Assembly: GCA_965153455.1 (NCBI GenBank)
Contig: OZ234493.1
Coordinates: 36,446,213 to 36,510,212 of the forward strand
Direction of reading: 5' to 3'
DNA length: 64,000 nt
Source: Sphagnum compactum
Taxonomy: Eukaryota
The translations under genes and the position numbers were made by a program. Within the stretch, counting starts at the first letter, position 1, and each line of letters starts with the position of its first letter. Positions 26,280-40,425 of the stretch are shown here, piece after piece. The notes under the pieces are model-generated. The model made no database searches, was not told the DNA's origin, and saw nothing but the letters and a program-made list of their open reading frames with translations.

Positions 26280-27065
26280 GTGTCACATTGCATTTGTAGT
26301 CAACCTTTGGATCCTCTGAGGATTCTATTTTTTTATTGTGCGCATGATGCAGAAATGATAGTTTCGCATAATGTTATGTGAGATGCTTTCATGATTATTA
26401 CGAAAAATGTGAGATTTCATATCTTTTAAGAACAAACCTTTTGTCATCTTCACAATGTTGAATTGACATTATGTTATTAATCAATGGTGTCCACACGTTG
26501 ACAGACGTTGTCATCGTCGACCCTACTTGAGTTGATTTGGTTTTGTGGGTTGTTTTTTCTCATGGGGTTGTTGCGATAGTCGTGCCTCAAACAAAAGATG
26601 ATATTTACTGCAATCGATTCCCAATGGACATGTTTCTTTTTCTAGCTGTAAAGGTTTTTGAATGTTTACACTAGTAGGTGGACGAGTTTTTCATTGATGT
26701 GCAAACATGGCCTAGGGAACGAAGGGCATTAAAGGCCCTCCTCTTTCAATTTTGCACGCATTTTATATGCAGAAGGGTGTTAGTTGCGTTACAATGTGCG
26801 TAGGCGATCTTTTTTTTGAGACTTGTTATTGCAATAAGTAAGGGTTCTTCTAGGTTAGGCATCCTTTCAAGAGGTCCTCCCCTTTCCTTATTTGATATGC
26901 TTATCGCGACAAGAAGGGGTTAGGGAACTTTATGTTTCTTTTGTGGTTCGCCCTCTTAGGTGGTTCTTTTGTCTTCTTGAACACGAATCCTTCCATTTTG
27001 TTCCTTGTATTCCTTTTCTTTTTTTTGGTGCTTTGTTTTATTTGTGATTGGCAGGGCTTCATCAT
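26280..27065 (+). mobile_element. Degenerate 3' end of a restriction-like-endonuclease (RLE) non-LTR retrotransposon, CRE-like
   Basis: Manual translation through stops and frameshifts: HCICSQPLDPLRILFFYCAHDAEMIVSHNVM*DAF (zinc knuckle and RH-like motif), IDIMLLINGVHTLTDVVIVDP (PD..D-like), QTKDDIY (K..KY-like), FLFLAVKVFECLH and RVLVALQCA*A. Confidence 0.72.
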
Positions 27066-30000
27066 TTATCTTCATGGTTTGCAACAAGGGAATGTAATCG
27101 CGTCAACAAAGGAAAGGAAGTGGGCCCAATTTAAACATTACATTTGCTTACACATTACATTTGAAAAAAAAATCAATTCATCAAAATTTAGTTGTTGTAT
27201 GGCAAAAAAATTTAACTTGTCATGAAAACTTGAAAAAAAATCATGGATGTTTTTCAATTTATTGCATTGCAAATTGATTAAAATATACAACAACCAAAAA
27301 TCAACCTTTATGCATATTAAGCATGTATTACCAAAAGTAATACAATCAGGCAAATTGATAATTAAAGGCATTGTTGACATATGCAAATTGATACCATGTG
27401 TGATATAAATTGATTTTTTTAAGATATTGTACCCAACTAGGTATTGAAAAAATTCAATCTCCAACAATATTGGTCACAATTTGGAAGGTATGAATGTATG
27501 TAACAAGTAATGATTATTGAGAGGAAACTAACTCCATTGTTCAGTAGAATTAATATGAAAGCAAATCTTACCCACTACTTAGAAAAGCATGATTTCATGT
27601 TATATTTTAAGCACATACAAAGTGTAACCCTAGTCCCTAATCTACACAACTTGTAGTAAGACATATCAAGAGAAAACTTTGAACAAATGCACACATTGGG
27701 CCCTTAATATACACAAAAGTTTGAAAAAGAAATTTGAATATAGAGAGAACATGCGCAAATAGTAGTCAATGAAGTTTAAATGGCTCGAAGAGGTTATTCT
27801 TCATATATTTTACAAAACATGTGAGATAAAAAAAGAATTTTTTTTGTATGATATGAAATAATAGAATATTAAGGAAATATCTTATTCTAAAGACTAAATT
27901 TGAAGAATTTGAAATTATAAAAGCATCTTTCATCCTCTACATTACGAGTCATGAAATTAATGTAGGTATATCAAGAAGTTTCAAGTATTCATGAAGCATG
28001 TGGCATAGAATCCTTGACAAGGAAATTGAATGTCATGTAATGAATGAGAGGACTGTCATTTAAAAGAAGGCACATGGGTTGCTTGGGCTTGACTTTTCAA
28101 GATAACCTTGCAATGACCAAGCTTCATGTCTAAGGTGTTGAAGCAAACAACATCTCATGCACTAACTTAAGCATGAAACTATCATCATTTGTAAGAATGT
28201 TATGAGAGTGAAATAATGTTGCTTCAAAATATTAAAATGTTTTGGAAATGTCTCCTAAACCCCATCAAGAAACCAATGTTAGGGTTGTATGATGCCAAAT
28301 GCATAAAATACCTCATGCCTAGGAAATCTAGAGTCGAGTTTTGGGAACAACTAAAATCAATTATATTTACATCACAAGAGCACACAAAAAGGAATCCGCG
28401 AAGGTAAACACATGGTACAAAAATGATTTAAAAAAACCTTAAGGTTGGAAGGGTTTGCTTGCGATGGTAAATTCAATACAATTGGCCAAACAATCTCAAA
28501 ACTCCCTTATGACAAAATTATTTTCCATGTCATTTAGTCATTACATCTAAACTAGACTTGGATCCCATTGAAAATGAAGGCCAAATGCTTAATATGGTAC
28601 AAAGAGTTTGAAGTTAGTGCATAGTTATGTTATTCAAAAAATATGTATTTGGGTGCATAGTAAGATGAATTGTTTGGAATATCAACTTATTATAATTTTT
28701 GTGAATCATAGATGAACTTAACACATAAAACCATATTCTACAATTAACATTATCAATCTTTTAATTACTCATGTTGAAATAGATTTTAGTGGTAATCACA
28801 TGAAAAACATTAATGATTTTTTTTTAAAAAAGAACTATAATAGACCTTTCAAATTAAGCATTGTCCCTATCACAATGAAAATTAAACATGTTTGACAACC
28901 ATAGAAAACAAAAAACACACATATCAAGTTTAAAATGTACACTCAATAAAAAATAACACAGATTTTGTACAAACTTTTTTTCATTGATTGAAATCAATTT
29001 TGTACGGTTGGTGTATTAGAAAAATGAATGACAACAAATTACTATTATGAGTTGAATCTAATAAGCTTGTTTATTTTAAGATTCATTGGAATAACAATTT
29101 TCTCATTTTGCAAGAAAAACTTTGATTGGGATAATATATAAAATGTGAAATTAAATTTTGATAATTAAGTTCTAAGAAAGACTTTAGATAATTGATTGTT
29201 TTAAATTTATGAAATTTGAACTTTGATTAATAGCTTTAAATTGTAAAAAAAAGAAAAAACTTGAGACCGCCATCATTTTTTAAAACTTGAATAAAAGTAA
29301 AATAAAATCAAGTTGATTCTTTAAACCTTCTTAAAAGTTAGAATGAACGATTTTTTAAAAAAACTCTACATTAATATAAATTAATATTTTCTTTTTGAAC
29401 AATAATTTTTACACTAGGTTTTGTCATTTTGGGGCAGGGTGGGGAGAATTATCCAATGTTGGTTTGAGCCTAATTCTTTCAATTTTAAAACCTTGATTCT
29501 AACATGTTTGTTTCAAATTCAAGAATCTTTAGGCCTAGTTTTAAAATTAGGTCCAATTAAACATGCACGTTTTCCCAATGTTAAAGATTTTATAGGTACA
29601 AAGTTTTAGAACAAATTAAAACTAAGGTTTATATAGGTATGAAGTTCAATAACTAATTAAAATTTAAATTAAATATAAAATTGAATGTACTTGTTAGCTC
29701 TTCAAGAAAATCAACTTGCCTATCTAAAAAGTTTGAACCTTTATTCAAGAATGATTTTTTTGGTTCGAGTTTTAGTTTCAAATCTAACAAAAAACTAGTT
29801 CCACAACTTGATTTTTGTGTTGGTTTTAACGAAAGGGTGTTAGCTTGAGTTTGTGTCACAATAATGTAACTTGAATTTTCACATTTAACATTGCAAATCA
29901 AATAATGTGACAACATAATATAAACTCAAAGTCGAGTAACAAATTTCTAGATTTTATCATCCAAACATGCAATCTTAGATGATTTCATTTTTTTGGTCAT

Positions 30001-30434
30001 TAATTTATCATATTTTTGTAAAAGGCATAGTACTCTAAACATTTCCAAGATCCTATCATATGAATTCAAATTTGGGTAATTCAAATTTTAGTGACAAGTA
30101 ATCAGAACTGGTATAAGGGGGTTTTTTGAAATCCTTCGTATGGTCGTCCATGGACCATTCCAAAGACAATTTCAAAAAAACTACCTCATTTTCAAGTTTA
30201 ACTATTTCATTTATTTTTTAATAACTACTTCCTTTTCCTATGAATTTTTTAAATAATTATCTCCCACCTTTCTAATAACTACCTCCATTTTATAACTACC
30301 TCATTTTTTTTCCTTGTCCACCAACATGGATATGAAAAAACAATTTAACATGCTTCTTTTATGTCCATGAAATGTACATTAATTTAAATTAAATATGAAA
30401 TTGACATAAATAATAATGAATTATTGAAAACCAT

Positions 30435-30439
<5 letters not shown>

Positions 30440-30477
<38 letters not shown>
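30440..30477. repeat. (TA)n microsatellite
   Basis: Uninterrupted TA dinucleotide run. Confidence 0.95.
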
Positions 30478-30480
<3 letters not shown>

Positions 30481-31609
30481 GATCGTCATTAGTAATGTGC
30501 AGTAGTATGGAATTCAAATTATTTGGGTAATAACATCCCAAACATTTTGCCCATATAATGTAGCCTCAAGTTAATTTTGTGGCAAATTTTCATGAAAAAT
30601 TGGCAAAAACTTGATTGCTTTTTGCATTACAAAAAATGTACCATGTGTTTGCTCAACAAACAAAATTAGCCCTTTTTTCAAATTTAAAAGTTGGAAAATT
30701 AAAAAAAGAAATGATTTTTAAAAACAGAAGAAGAAAAAACTTGAAAAAATGTAGTTTTATAAAATAGTTAAATTTTCAGAAAAAAATCCTTTTTTGTGAA
30801 TTAAAAAAACCAAGAAACAAAATAAATTAAAAATATTTTTCAACAAAATCCTTAAAAAACTAAAAAAAACTAGTGTTGGGTGGTTCTCAAATTTGAGGCA
30901 AGAATTGTGTTTGTCTTTAAGTTGTTTTTCATCATGGAAATTTACAAGTATCATTATACACAATACTTGAAGTGAAATTTGCCTCCTAAGGTTTTCACTC
31001 ATTTCATTGAGTGAGAGTTATCCATTTGAGAAACTTCTTTTTTAAAATATCAAAAAATTGAAAACCACCTAAGGTATTAAAACATATCAAGCATTGTTCT
31101 AAAATTATAAGATTTTAAGTTTTAATGAATAGTCTAGAGGTAAGTGGGTTCAATGTTGTTTTTTCAATTTTTGTATAGTACTTAATAATAGTGGTAAACG
31201 CCTTCAAAATATAGTAATTGGCAATTTTTTGTATAGGACCATTAAGACAATGGACAAACTTGTGGGGACACACTCTCCCCAAAAAACAAAAAGAAAAATA
31301 TTACAAAATTTGATAACTTATTTTTGAAAAAAGACTATTTTCACGAAAAAGGTGTCTCATCATCATCTTTTGGAGATTTTTCCAAATTTTTATTTTGTGT
31401 AAGATCCTACTTAGCAATAAAAATTTTTAATTCTAAAAATCTTTAGTAAATGTTTTTTAGGTGATATTGCTTCTTCTAGAAACTTTGTAGGCTACTTCTA
31501 GAATTTTCTATTTAAAAAAAATGATAATTGGGTTGAAAAAGAATTGCCTAGAGAGACCGGATGATTATCAAATTCACGAGAATGACCCTTTCGAGTTACA
31601 AAAACCAAC

Positions 31610-31970
31610 AAAACAAGAGGTGTGCAGCCTTGCCATTGACATTAAAAAAAGTATCTTGAGGCAAAAGAAATAATTATGGAAACTCAAATATTTCACCATA
31701 GCAAAAATATAATCTTCAAAAAAAATCCTCTAAAAGAAACCAAAATCCGTCGAGATATTATAACTATGTAAATAATTTCAAGTGTCAACACAAGCCAAAA
31801 TATCATCTTTCAAAAATCCTCATATAGAAATACCTATTATTATTATTATTATTATTATTATTATCTAGGGGCCTATAAAAATCCCTTAAGCTACTATACT
31901 CTACAATGAATCCAAACACAATATCCTTAAGGGCCTTAAGGGCCTTGGTAGTAGGTAAGGCCAACAAAGG
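31610..31970 (-). repeat. Dispersed ~330-bp (AAT)n repeat, copy 3, with the longest microsatellite
   Basis: Matches 17960-18290 directly and 7976-8310 as reverse complement; (TAT)n at 31835-31864. Confidence 0.85.
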
Positions 31971-34900
31971 AAGAGTGGGCCTTCCCGAAGGCGTAATAAA
32001 GTGTGTGCACGACAAGATTTCGTTTGACCTTTGATTTTACAAAAATTTTCGTAGTCCTTCTAGGGTTTTGTTCCGCACATGAATGTTCTTATGTGTCCGG
32101 AATATAAGGGTTTTTTTAAAAAAATGTCTTGTGACATAACATTTCGTCATATAACATAACATTTCATTTTGATCTAGGGCTTAATTCCGTTTAATTGTGC
32201 ATTATAAATTATATTGATTTTGGCATTATAGGGTAATTATTATTTCAAGAAACTAAAAATTAAAATCAATGCCAAATCTATTCAAAGAGGGAAAAATGAT
32301 TTCCTATATAATAATGCAAAAATATGTATTTTTTGTTTACATTGATTATGAACTAGGTGCAATCATGTTAATACGCACCAAAATAGTAGTAACCGTTACA
32401 TAATATTTCATATTTAAAATTAAAATTTTAAGTTGGTATTGAAAATTTTGCATTTATTTCTATAAAAACATTTGTAATGTATCGTGGGAACATGTGAGTA
32501 AATTTGAAATCAATATAATGAATAACAAACAACATTTAAAAATATATATATATATAATTTTTGTTTAAAGGACTTATAAGATGACTTGAAAGTATTTGAA
32601 AATTAAATTTTTTGACAATTTTTCAATATAAACCTTAACATAAAAATAAAAATATATTTTTTATCATGGGCACAAAAAAAACCAAAACAAGAGGATTTAT
32701 GAAAGAATGAACAAAACATAACAAAAATGCCAAGTTTAGTCTTAAATCCAAACACAAAAACCAAGGAAAAGAACATGCAGTGTGGTAAGATATAGATTCA
32801 AATCAAATTTTATTATGAAAACAAGTAAAAAAACATGGTTATGGTGCAAGATCATATCTAAAATTAGTGTTGAATAGTCTAAAGATAACATGAGAATAGC
32901 TATCTCCATTTATACATTGTTAGGGATTTAATTCAAAGAAAAATATTTCAAAATATGTCAAATTAAAGGTCATTTCTTATGACAATCTAAGATCCAAAAT
33001 CTTAAGGGTGAATTTGAAACAAATTAAATCTTTGAATTAAACCTTTATTCACAATTTTATTTTTATTTTTTTGCAAGGTACAACGAATATGTCTAAAGGC
33101 ATAGGGTGAAATTTAAGGGTTCAATTGTTTAAAGTGGCCTTGGGTTCAATTTATGGTTCTTAACCAATAGGATTGTTCCATTTTGTTAGACCTTTCCCTC
33201 TGGACTTTCATTTAAAGTGCCCATAACCCAAAATATTTCAAAATATCTCGAGGAATTTTCTTAGGCAAGTTTTTAATTACATTATGAGCACAATGGTTGA
33301 GATGATGAAAAGTGAACGTTCATGGATGAACTCCATCCATGATGATGCCAATGATGATGTCGATGATGATGTTGGTCATGGTGTTGACTGTGATGTTGGG
33401 GATGTCCCTTGCGACATTTTCAAGAATTTTAAATAATATTAAATATACATTTCAGATTAAGTAATTACCTAAAGGGACACCTTTGGTTTATTATACTATG
33501 CTTGGACCCAACTAAAGATGTTCACATTTGTAATCTCCATTATCTTTGTGAGAATGAAAATTCATTCTTGTTGTAAAATTCAAGGGGACAACAAGATGTT
33601 TTCAAAAAATTTAAAATTAGAAACCTAAGGTTGCCAAGGTGATAATCATCATTTGATGTTAGTCACAATGGTTTATACATTGGCATGATTTAAATTGTTG
33701 ATTGAAATCAACTTATGGTTAACATATCAACATAAAGTCAACTTGGAAGAAATGGGTACCTACAATAATCACCTGTGGGCATTAAACAATGAATAACACA
33801 CATGTGAAGGTTGGAATTTTCCTTGCCAATTCAATGAAAGTGTGATTCCAAAGAAAATTAAAACAAAAATGATAATCAAATTCAATTTGAACTATCTAAT
33901 TGTAATCAGATTCAATTTCAATCCTTGGAAGATTAACCAAATTCATTATCAACCATTTAAAGGGTGGAACAAGTTTTAATTACAAACTTAAACACAAAAC
34001 AAAACAAAAACTTTAAAACTTGAAAAATCTAAAAACAAAAAACAAAACACAAACACACACACACAAATAGTCACAAGGCAATCAAAATTCTAAATGTTGG
34101 TGATGAAAGTTGAAAAAGGTGGCCACAACATTGAATTATAGTTGTGTTTGTGTGTGTGCAAGGTTTTTTTAAATATATGTAAACTTTTGAAACATCAATT
34201 TACTTGTGCAAGATTCATGCAATAAAGAAATGATGTTTATTTTTTTGTTTTTTGAGGTGGGATGTAAGACGAAGATGAAAGAAACACACTTGGTTGTGGT
34301 AATCGTTTTTCATTGAGGAAAGTTAAGCATACTTTGTAAGTATTTAATGTGTGTAGTGGATTTGAATTTTTTTTTGTGTTTATGGGTTATGTTTTAAATG
34401 TGTGTTAGGGAATCAATTGTTTGCAAATCATTTTTGCTATCCATTTGCAACTTTGATTCTTATAGCTTGTTTTGTGCTTATATGACAACAATAAATAACT
34501 AGCTTGAGAGGAGATAATGATAGAATCAAGTGAATTTGAGCTTTTTCATGGACATATGCTAAAATGTAAAATGAGGAAATGGGAAAATTAGGCAAGGTGT
34601 ATATTCAAATGCAAAAGAAGGATTTACCTAAAAATTGTGATGTGATCAAGTTTTAATAGTGTAGCTCAAATGTGTTGCATATCCAGTGTAGTTCATGTTT
34701 GTAATTCAAGAAAGTTGGGAAAATTGACATGTTTGAATTAAAAATGCCTTAAGAGTGTGTACATCAAGTATTTGAAAAAGACGGGAATACTTATGAAATC
34801 ATAATGATCTTGTGAAATTGATGTTTACACAAAGATAATTGTGTTAATAGGATTGCATTTATGTGATGATTCAAAGAAAAATTAGGCATTTGCAAGTGAG

Positions 34901-37900
34901 AAGAAAGTGTTTGTTTTGCATCTAAGTTTACATTGAGAAAAAAAAAAGAATAATTAAGAGTGGACTCATGAATGACTTTGGACCCAAGACTATGGGGCCA
35001 AATGCCCAACACACACATGATATAAACATAGTGGGATTGTTGTATACTTGTTATGATTTTTTGACTTTTTTGTAATAATATTTTTATGCCAAAGTTTTCC
35101 AATTTTGAAGCTTCAATTTTTTAAATATATTGATTATTCCACAAAGGCTTGTCAAATCTATTTAGGGAGTACAAATTTAATTGTAAACTGATGGTCCATA
35201 TATTTACTTGATTGTGTGTCAATTTGAACTTCCCAATTTCACTCATTGCTTTGTCATGAAACCAATTTTATTTTCGAAAGAATTATGATTTTGTTTCAAT
35301 TATCTCTTATTATAGAAAAATTTAAACTACAACACCAATGCACAAGAAAAGAAAAGAAAAAAAGGAAAGAAAATGTATAGATTAAATAAAGGAATCAAGG
35401 AACAAAAATGATTTCTTAAACATGTGATGAAACTTTCACATATAATGTGAATTTGTGAGGTTGCCCAATGTTAAGAAAACAATCACTTTTTATAATCTTT
35501 AAACTTATCATGAATAAAGTTAAAAGGCATGTAGGGAAGAAACTTACATGCAAGAAAGGAAAGAAGGGGTGTTAACTATGTATGTTCAAGCAATGAGGAA
35601 AAAGAGAAGTATAAAGTGGAACAAGTGAAAAATGTCAAAGCAAAGAAAAAGGGTTGAAGATAGAATGGAACAAGCAAAAGGTATATAAAGGTGAAACTCG
35701 TAGAATCATCATAAAATATGACAAATCTGGTAACCTTTTGTTGGGTTATTGACATTTAATTTTAGCCTTATCCATTTACAATTGATCATTTACCCATTGA
35801 AGTTTGATCATTCTCTAAGATCATGAATATTTACATCGAAGTATTCATTCCCAAGCTTCAAAAGTGCATAATGAGAGGTTGAAACACAAGGTGACCAATT
35901 GCTCACATGATGAACATTGTTTACAATTTAAAAAAGGAACATGATGAAGGTTATCCATGCAAGAGGCCAAAAACCCAAAATGTCAAATAGAGTTGTTGGA
36001 AATAACTCAAAAGTCCTTAACAAATGCAATATTTATCAAAATTTCAAACAAAAACTAAATCTGAAAAACCTCCCAAACAAACTTGAAATTATATGCATTA
36101 TGACATGAGGGTTGGGATGACAACTTGTGTTGTTGATTTATGAAGGCTTAAGGTTTTCAATGACAATGTTTTAGAGTTAAACTTCCATTATCCACATTAT
36201 ACAACAAATAATAAGATTATATTGCATTCTTCAATTTTCAAACTTGTCACTTAGTGGCTTTTGTGCTTCAATAAATGGAAGCATGGAGTAGTTTATCAAA
36301 AACCTTCCAATACTTCTTTAGCACATTTTTTTTTCTTGGTTTTTTTTGTCAAGAATGTAGTTTTGATGAAGACACAAGAAGACAACAAAGTTGCTCACAT
36401 AAAGTTTGGAAAATTTCTTTCATGTTTGAGGACACATGTTACAATTTTGTTTGGCAAATTAAACATAAACATAGTCATGAAAGCCAAAAAGTGGGTCGTC
36501 CTAATCAAAATTATAAATATTGTCAATATGTTTGTGCATTGCTATTTTAAAATCATGGAAATTGAAAAAAAAAATGCTAAATGATTGCCAAAAGTGTTGA
36601 AGATTTATTATTCTTAAATATTTAATTCAAGTTCAGGTTTTGATTTTAATCAAAAAATGTTCAAATTATGCAACTATTACGTTAGATAATGTCCATTTTG
36701 GCAAAAACTTGTTAGTTTCTTTAAATACAAGGTTGTTTGTGGGAATTAGGTGAAAGGAAAATACAAGTCCAAAGGGAAGTCACTTCCATTTTCTTCAAAC
36801 ATTGTGCAAAACAAAAAAGGTGCAACTAATTCAATATGAAAAAATACTATAATGTATTTAAATGTAAATAGAGTGCCTATATTTTATTATGAGAATACAC
36901 ACATAATACAATTAAAATATTTTCATTTTCATAAAATATTCTTTCAATATTACATTATTTCATAACATACTAAGAAAATGCTTATTTATTTCGGGTGTTT
37001 CATAAAGACATATAAAGAATGATTTCCTTGAGTACATTTCACATTCAAAAAACATTCATTACTGAAAGAAAGTATAATTTGAATTTATTGAAAGCATATC
37101 CGAATGTTCAATCATGCCAGGGAGGTATGATATCAATGTTGTGACTTGTTGTAGGAGATAAGTTATTCTTTCTCTCGACCTTTCAATGTCCCATTTGTAT
37201 CTCTCAAGCTCTATTATAGCTTTTTATGAACTTGGGTGCCATCAAGCAAAAGCCTATCAACTGTAACATCCCAAGTTTTTGCAATTTATCCATGCTACAT
37301 GCAATGCAATGTGAGAGGGGTTGGGATGAGTCAAAGTGCTCTAAAATTGTCACAAAAGATTTTTCTTTCTTTGATTGTGCGTAGATGCTTAGTGGATATA
37401 CATCTCTAATCATTAGTTTCTCCCACACTTCAGTTCAAATGGAAACATATTTACTTATTCATATTTTTGAAAGCCAATTGACATGATCTTGGGTGCACAC
37501 CCCAATCAACCCCATTGGCAAAGGACATGATATGCCCTTTTAAGTTACTCATGGACAAGTTCAAACCCAAGACCTTTGTAATACCAAAACATGAATTGTA
37601 TCATGAAGCCATCACCCCATGAGGCAGAGAAATTGTTTTTTCATCAACATCAATTCCAATGAACACAATTTGAATGACAGGTCTGGAATATCAACCACAT
37701 CATGCAGCCAAGCTCATCTGTGCTGAGACATCAAAAAACTTGAGCAATACAAGCTGCAAGGTACGACTGGCAGCTTACCAAAAAATAACACCAAAGGTCA
37801 AGTTGAGAAAATGGGTGACAGAAAACCCCACAGTAAGAGCTTACTTAAGAAATCAAAACTCTTTAAAGTCCAGTATTGCATTACACAAAAACAGACCACA

Positions 37901-38930
37901 AAGATAATCACTGCACAGAACAAAGAGGGGGAGTTGGGTAGGAGTTCAAACATCACTGTTTGCATCATCCCACAACCCCATCACACATGGGTTCAACGCT
38001 TAACATTGTGGGAACAGATAACTAATTTCATGGGACATCCTCAACAAACTCAATCACTAGTTTCAAATGATATTGATCAGGAGATAGGTTACATTGAAGT
38101 ACCAGTGAAGCATAAACATAACAATTTCCCAGTATGATAATTACTGGATTATGTTTGATGGAGGAATGAAACCCATTAAAACTATAATAATATAACGAGA
38201 ATGCAAAATAGTGATAGAAAGTCATCTATACAAAAAAAACAAAACACCAGGAATAAGACTGGATTTGAAAAATCATGAAAGAGATATTGATGCTTCATTA
38301 CACCTGTGTCCACAGCAACAGTCTATTTTCATAGATTAGACTAAGCATATAAATCCTGTCAAAGATCACAATTTGGTACTAAGAAAAAAATTATTTTCGG
38401 CACATCAATTGAACACACAAGACTTGAGTCTGCTCTGCCACGACAAGAAAATCACAATAAAATTAATAATATCAATTATACGTTGCAATCTCATTCATAC
38501 AGCAAAAAAAATTGCCACTGATTGAGCCTCTTTTCTTTTGCTTTCCAGCAGTCGAAGAGCTGCAACATATAAATTATGTCGCTGTGAGTTCTTAGAAGCT
38601 GAGAACTCCATTGCCTGAAATCTGCATGGAAAACGAGTTTCGGCTCAGGAAATACTCCAAAGCCTTCAAAGAATACTACATGATCATGCAGCTCAACAAA
38701 ACTTTGCAAAAAATTACTTGATGAAGGTCAAATGTTCAGTTCCGTACAAACATAACATGCAGATTTCTTCTGACAATAGATTAGCACTGGACATAGACTC
38801 CTACTCCATGCTCAAAAGGACCACGTCAGTATCATTCTGTGAGAAAGAAGGAAAAAACTTTTAGTTTGTCTCTCCTGAGAGGATACTAAACCCTAAACCA
38901 AGCAAAAACATACCCACCTTATCACGAAGA

Positions 38931-39281
38931 TCAAGGGAACTGGTTGCCGTTGATGCTCACCACAATGCCACTGCCATCACCAGATAAGCTCGGCACCACG
39001 ACTACGATGTCACCGTTGGTCACAGTGACAGTCGTGTCCTTCCCGTCGGAGCCCTTCACCACGATGTCTTCCTTGTGATCCTTGGTATCCACCTTCACAT
39101 TAACGGAGGTGATTCCGACCGAGTAGCGTTTCCCGTTCACGTAAAACACCACCGGTGAGCCGCCAGTGATGTCGGCATTGATGACGGTCGCATCAGCCTC
39201 AACTTGCACCACAAGGGCAGCAATTACGAGAACCATAAGGAACACACACTTCAATCCAACAGCTGATCCCTGCCCAGCCAT
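38931..39281 (-). CDS. Small secreted protein of unknown function, 116 aa, Val/Gly/Asp/Thr-rich
   Basis: ATG in good context (AAATGG) right after the acceptor TTTCAACAG. Signal-peptide-like N-terminus (CVFLMVLVIAALVVQVEA/D). Clearly more GC-rich than the flanks. TATAAAA ~170 bp upstream and a GT-AG intron (38917-38837) just after the stop. Confidence 0.8.
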   Translation of the reverse strand: MAGQGSAVGLKCVFLMVLVIAALVVQVEADATVINADITGGSPVVFYVNGKRYSVGITSVNVKVDTKDHKEDIVVKGSDGKDTTVTVTNGDIVVVVPSLSGDGSGIVVSINGNQFP

Positions 39282-39939
39282 TTCTGTTGAAAGGCAAATC
39301 ACGCACACAAACAAAAACAAAACTCCACGAATGTTGTAAGCTGCTGCTGCTGCTGTTACTGCAATCCAACTATCTCATGAGCAAAACTGTCGACGTCCGT
39401 GAGAGAGCGGGTCAGACAACGACACTAGACAGTTTAAGAAGTTGCTATCTTTTATAAACGACAGCAATCAAGCAGAGAGAGTCTCTGTATGTAACTATGA
39501 TCACAACAACCTAATGGAAAGAGACGCTAATAGGCCACGGACTCAGGAATCAGGACTGGGGGAGTCAGAAAACAACAAGTGGCCTTGAAGTTGAAAGATG
39601 GGTTGTATTCGTCATGAATGCTACTGAATGCAACAAGGACAGAATCATTTTGCATGACAGAAAAGCCACGAAAATTGTCAACAACAAAAATGGCACCAAC
39701 TTCCCAAGAAGGAGTGGCAAGGAGTAGTGGAGGCTGGATTGGATGACTGGCAGGCAAGGGCATGCAGCTGGGAGTTATGGGTCGAAAGCTGCAGGCGGCG
39801 AATAAATGCAGAGCGTGGGTGACAGAACACAAATTTACACAAATCAAAAAATTATGATATGCGCACCAGGTCTTTTCTTTCTTTTTTTAATTTTTAAAAA
39901 AATTTATGGCGAATAAATGCAGAGCGTGGGTGACAGTTT

Positions 39940-40425
39940 TGTGAAGTAGGTGGACTGTAAATCATCCACAAGAGGACTTTTGCCAAATTTGGCTTACATA
40001 TTATTATATAGGAAAGTAGAAAGTTTTTAAAACTCTGCTATATTTTGGCGATTTGCTAGAAGCTGCTATGGTCTAAATCTGGCGATTTTTTTAGCACACC
40101 TCTCACGATTCACTTCTGACAGCGTTCCTTTTCAACTGGCGAATTTTCGCCAAATTTCAACTGGCGAAAAATTACGATTTCGACCTGTACAAACGATTTT
40201 TCATGGGAAAAAACCCCCCAAAGTCGCCAGATTTCGAAGAAGATAAAAAATCCAAGTCGCCAGATTTTTATGATATATACTATTAGATAGCCAAAGAACA
40301 TGGAAGGATTCTGTGTTTCTTTTTAAAATTTCATATCTAGTATGTAGCCAAATCTGGCTAGCTTGTTTTCTGGATGATCGCCACTTTGAGTTCATCAGAA
40401 AAGCATTAAAAAAGAAACCCTGCTT
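39940..40425. repeat. Abundant short interspersed repeat family (TAGCCAAATCTGGCTA..GGATGATC motif)
   Basis: The palindromic core TAGCCAAATnTGGCTA with adjacent GGATGAT/ATCATCC recurs here and near 20045, 26045, 40690, 57995, 62025 and 62890. Confidence 0.7.

Noticed and set aside
37670..38260. Gene-like composition and ORFs downstream of the orphan gene
   Set aside because: No consistent exon chain or recognisable protein could be assembled.
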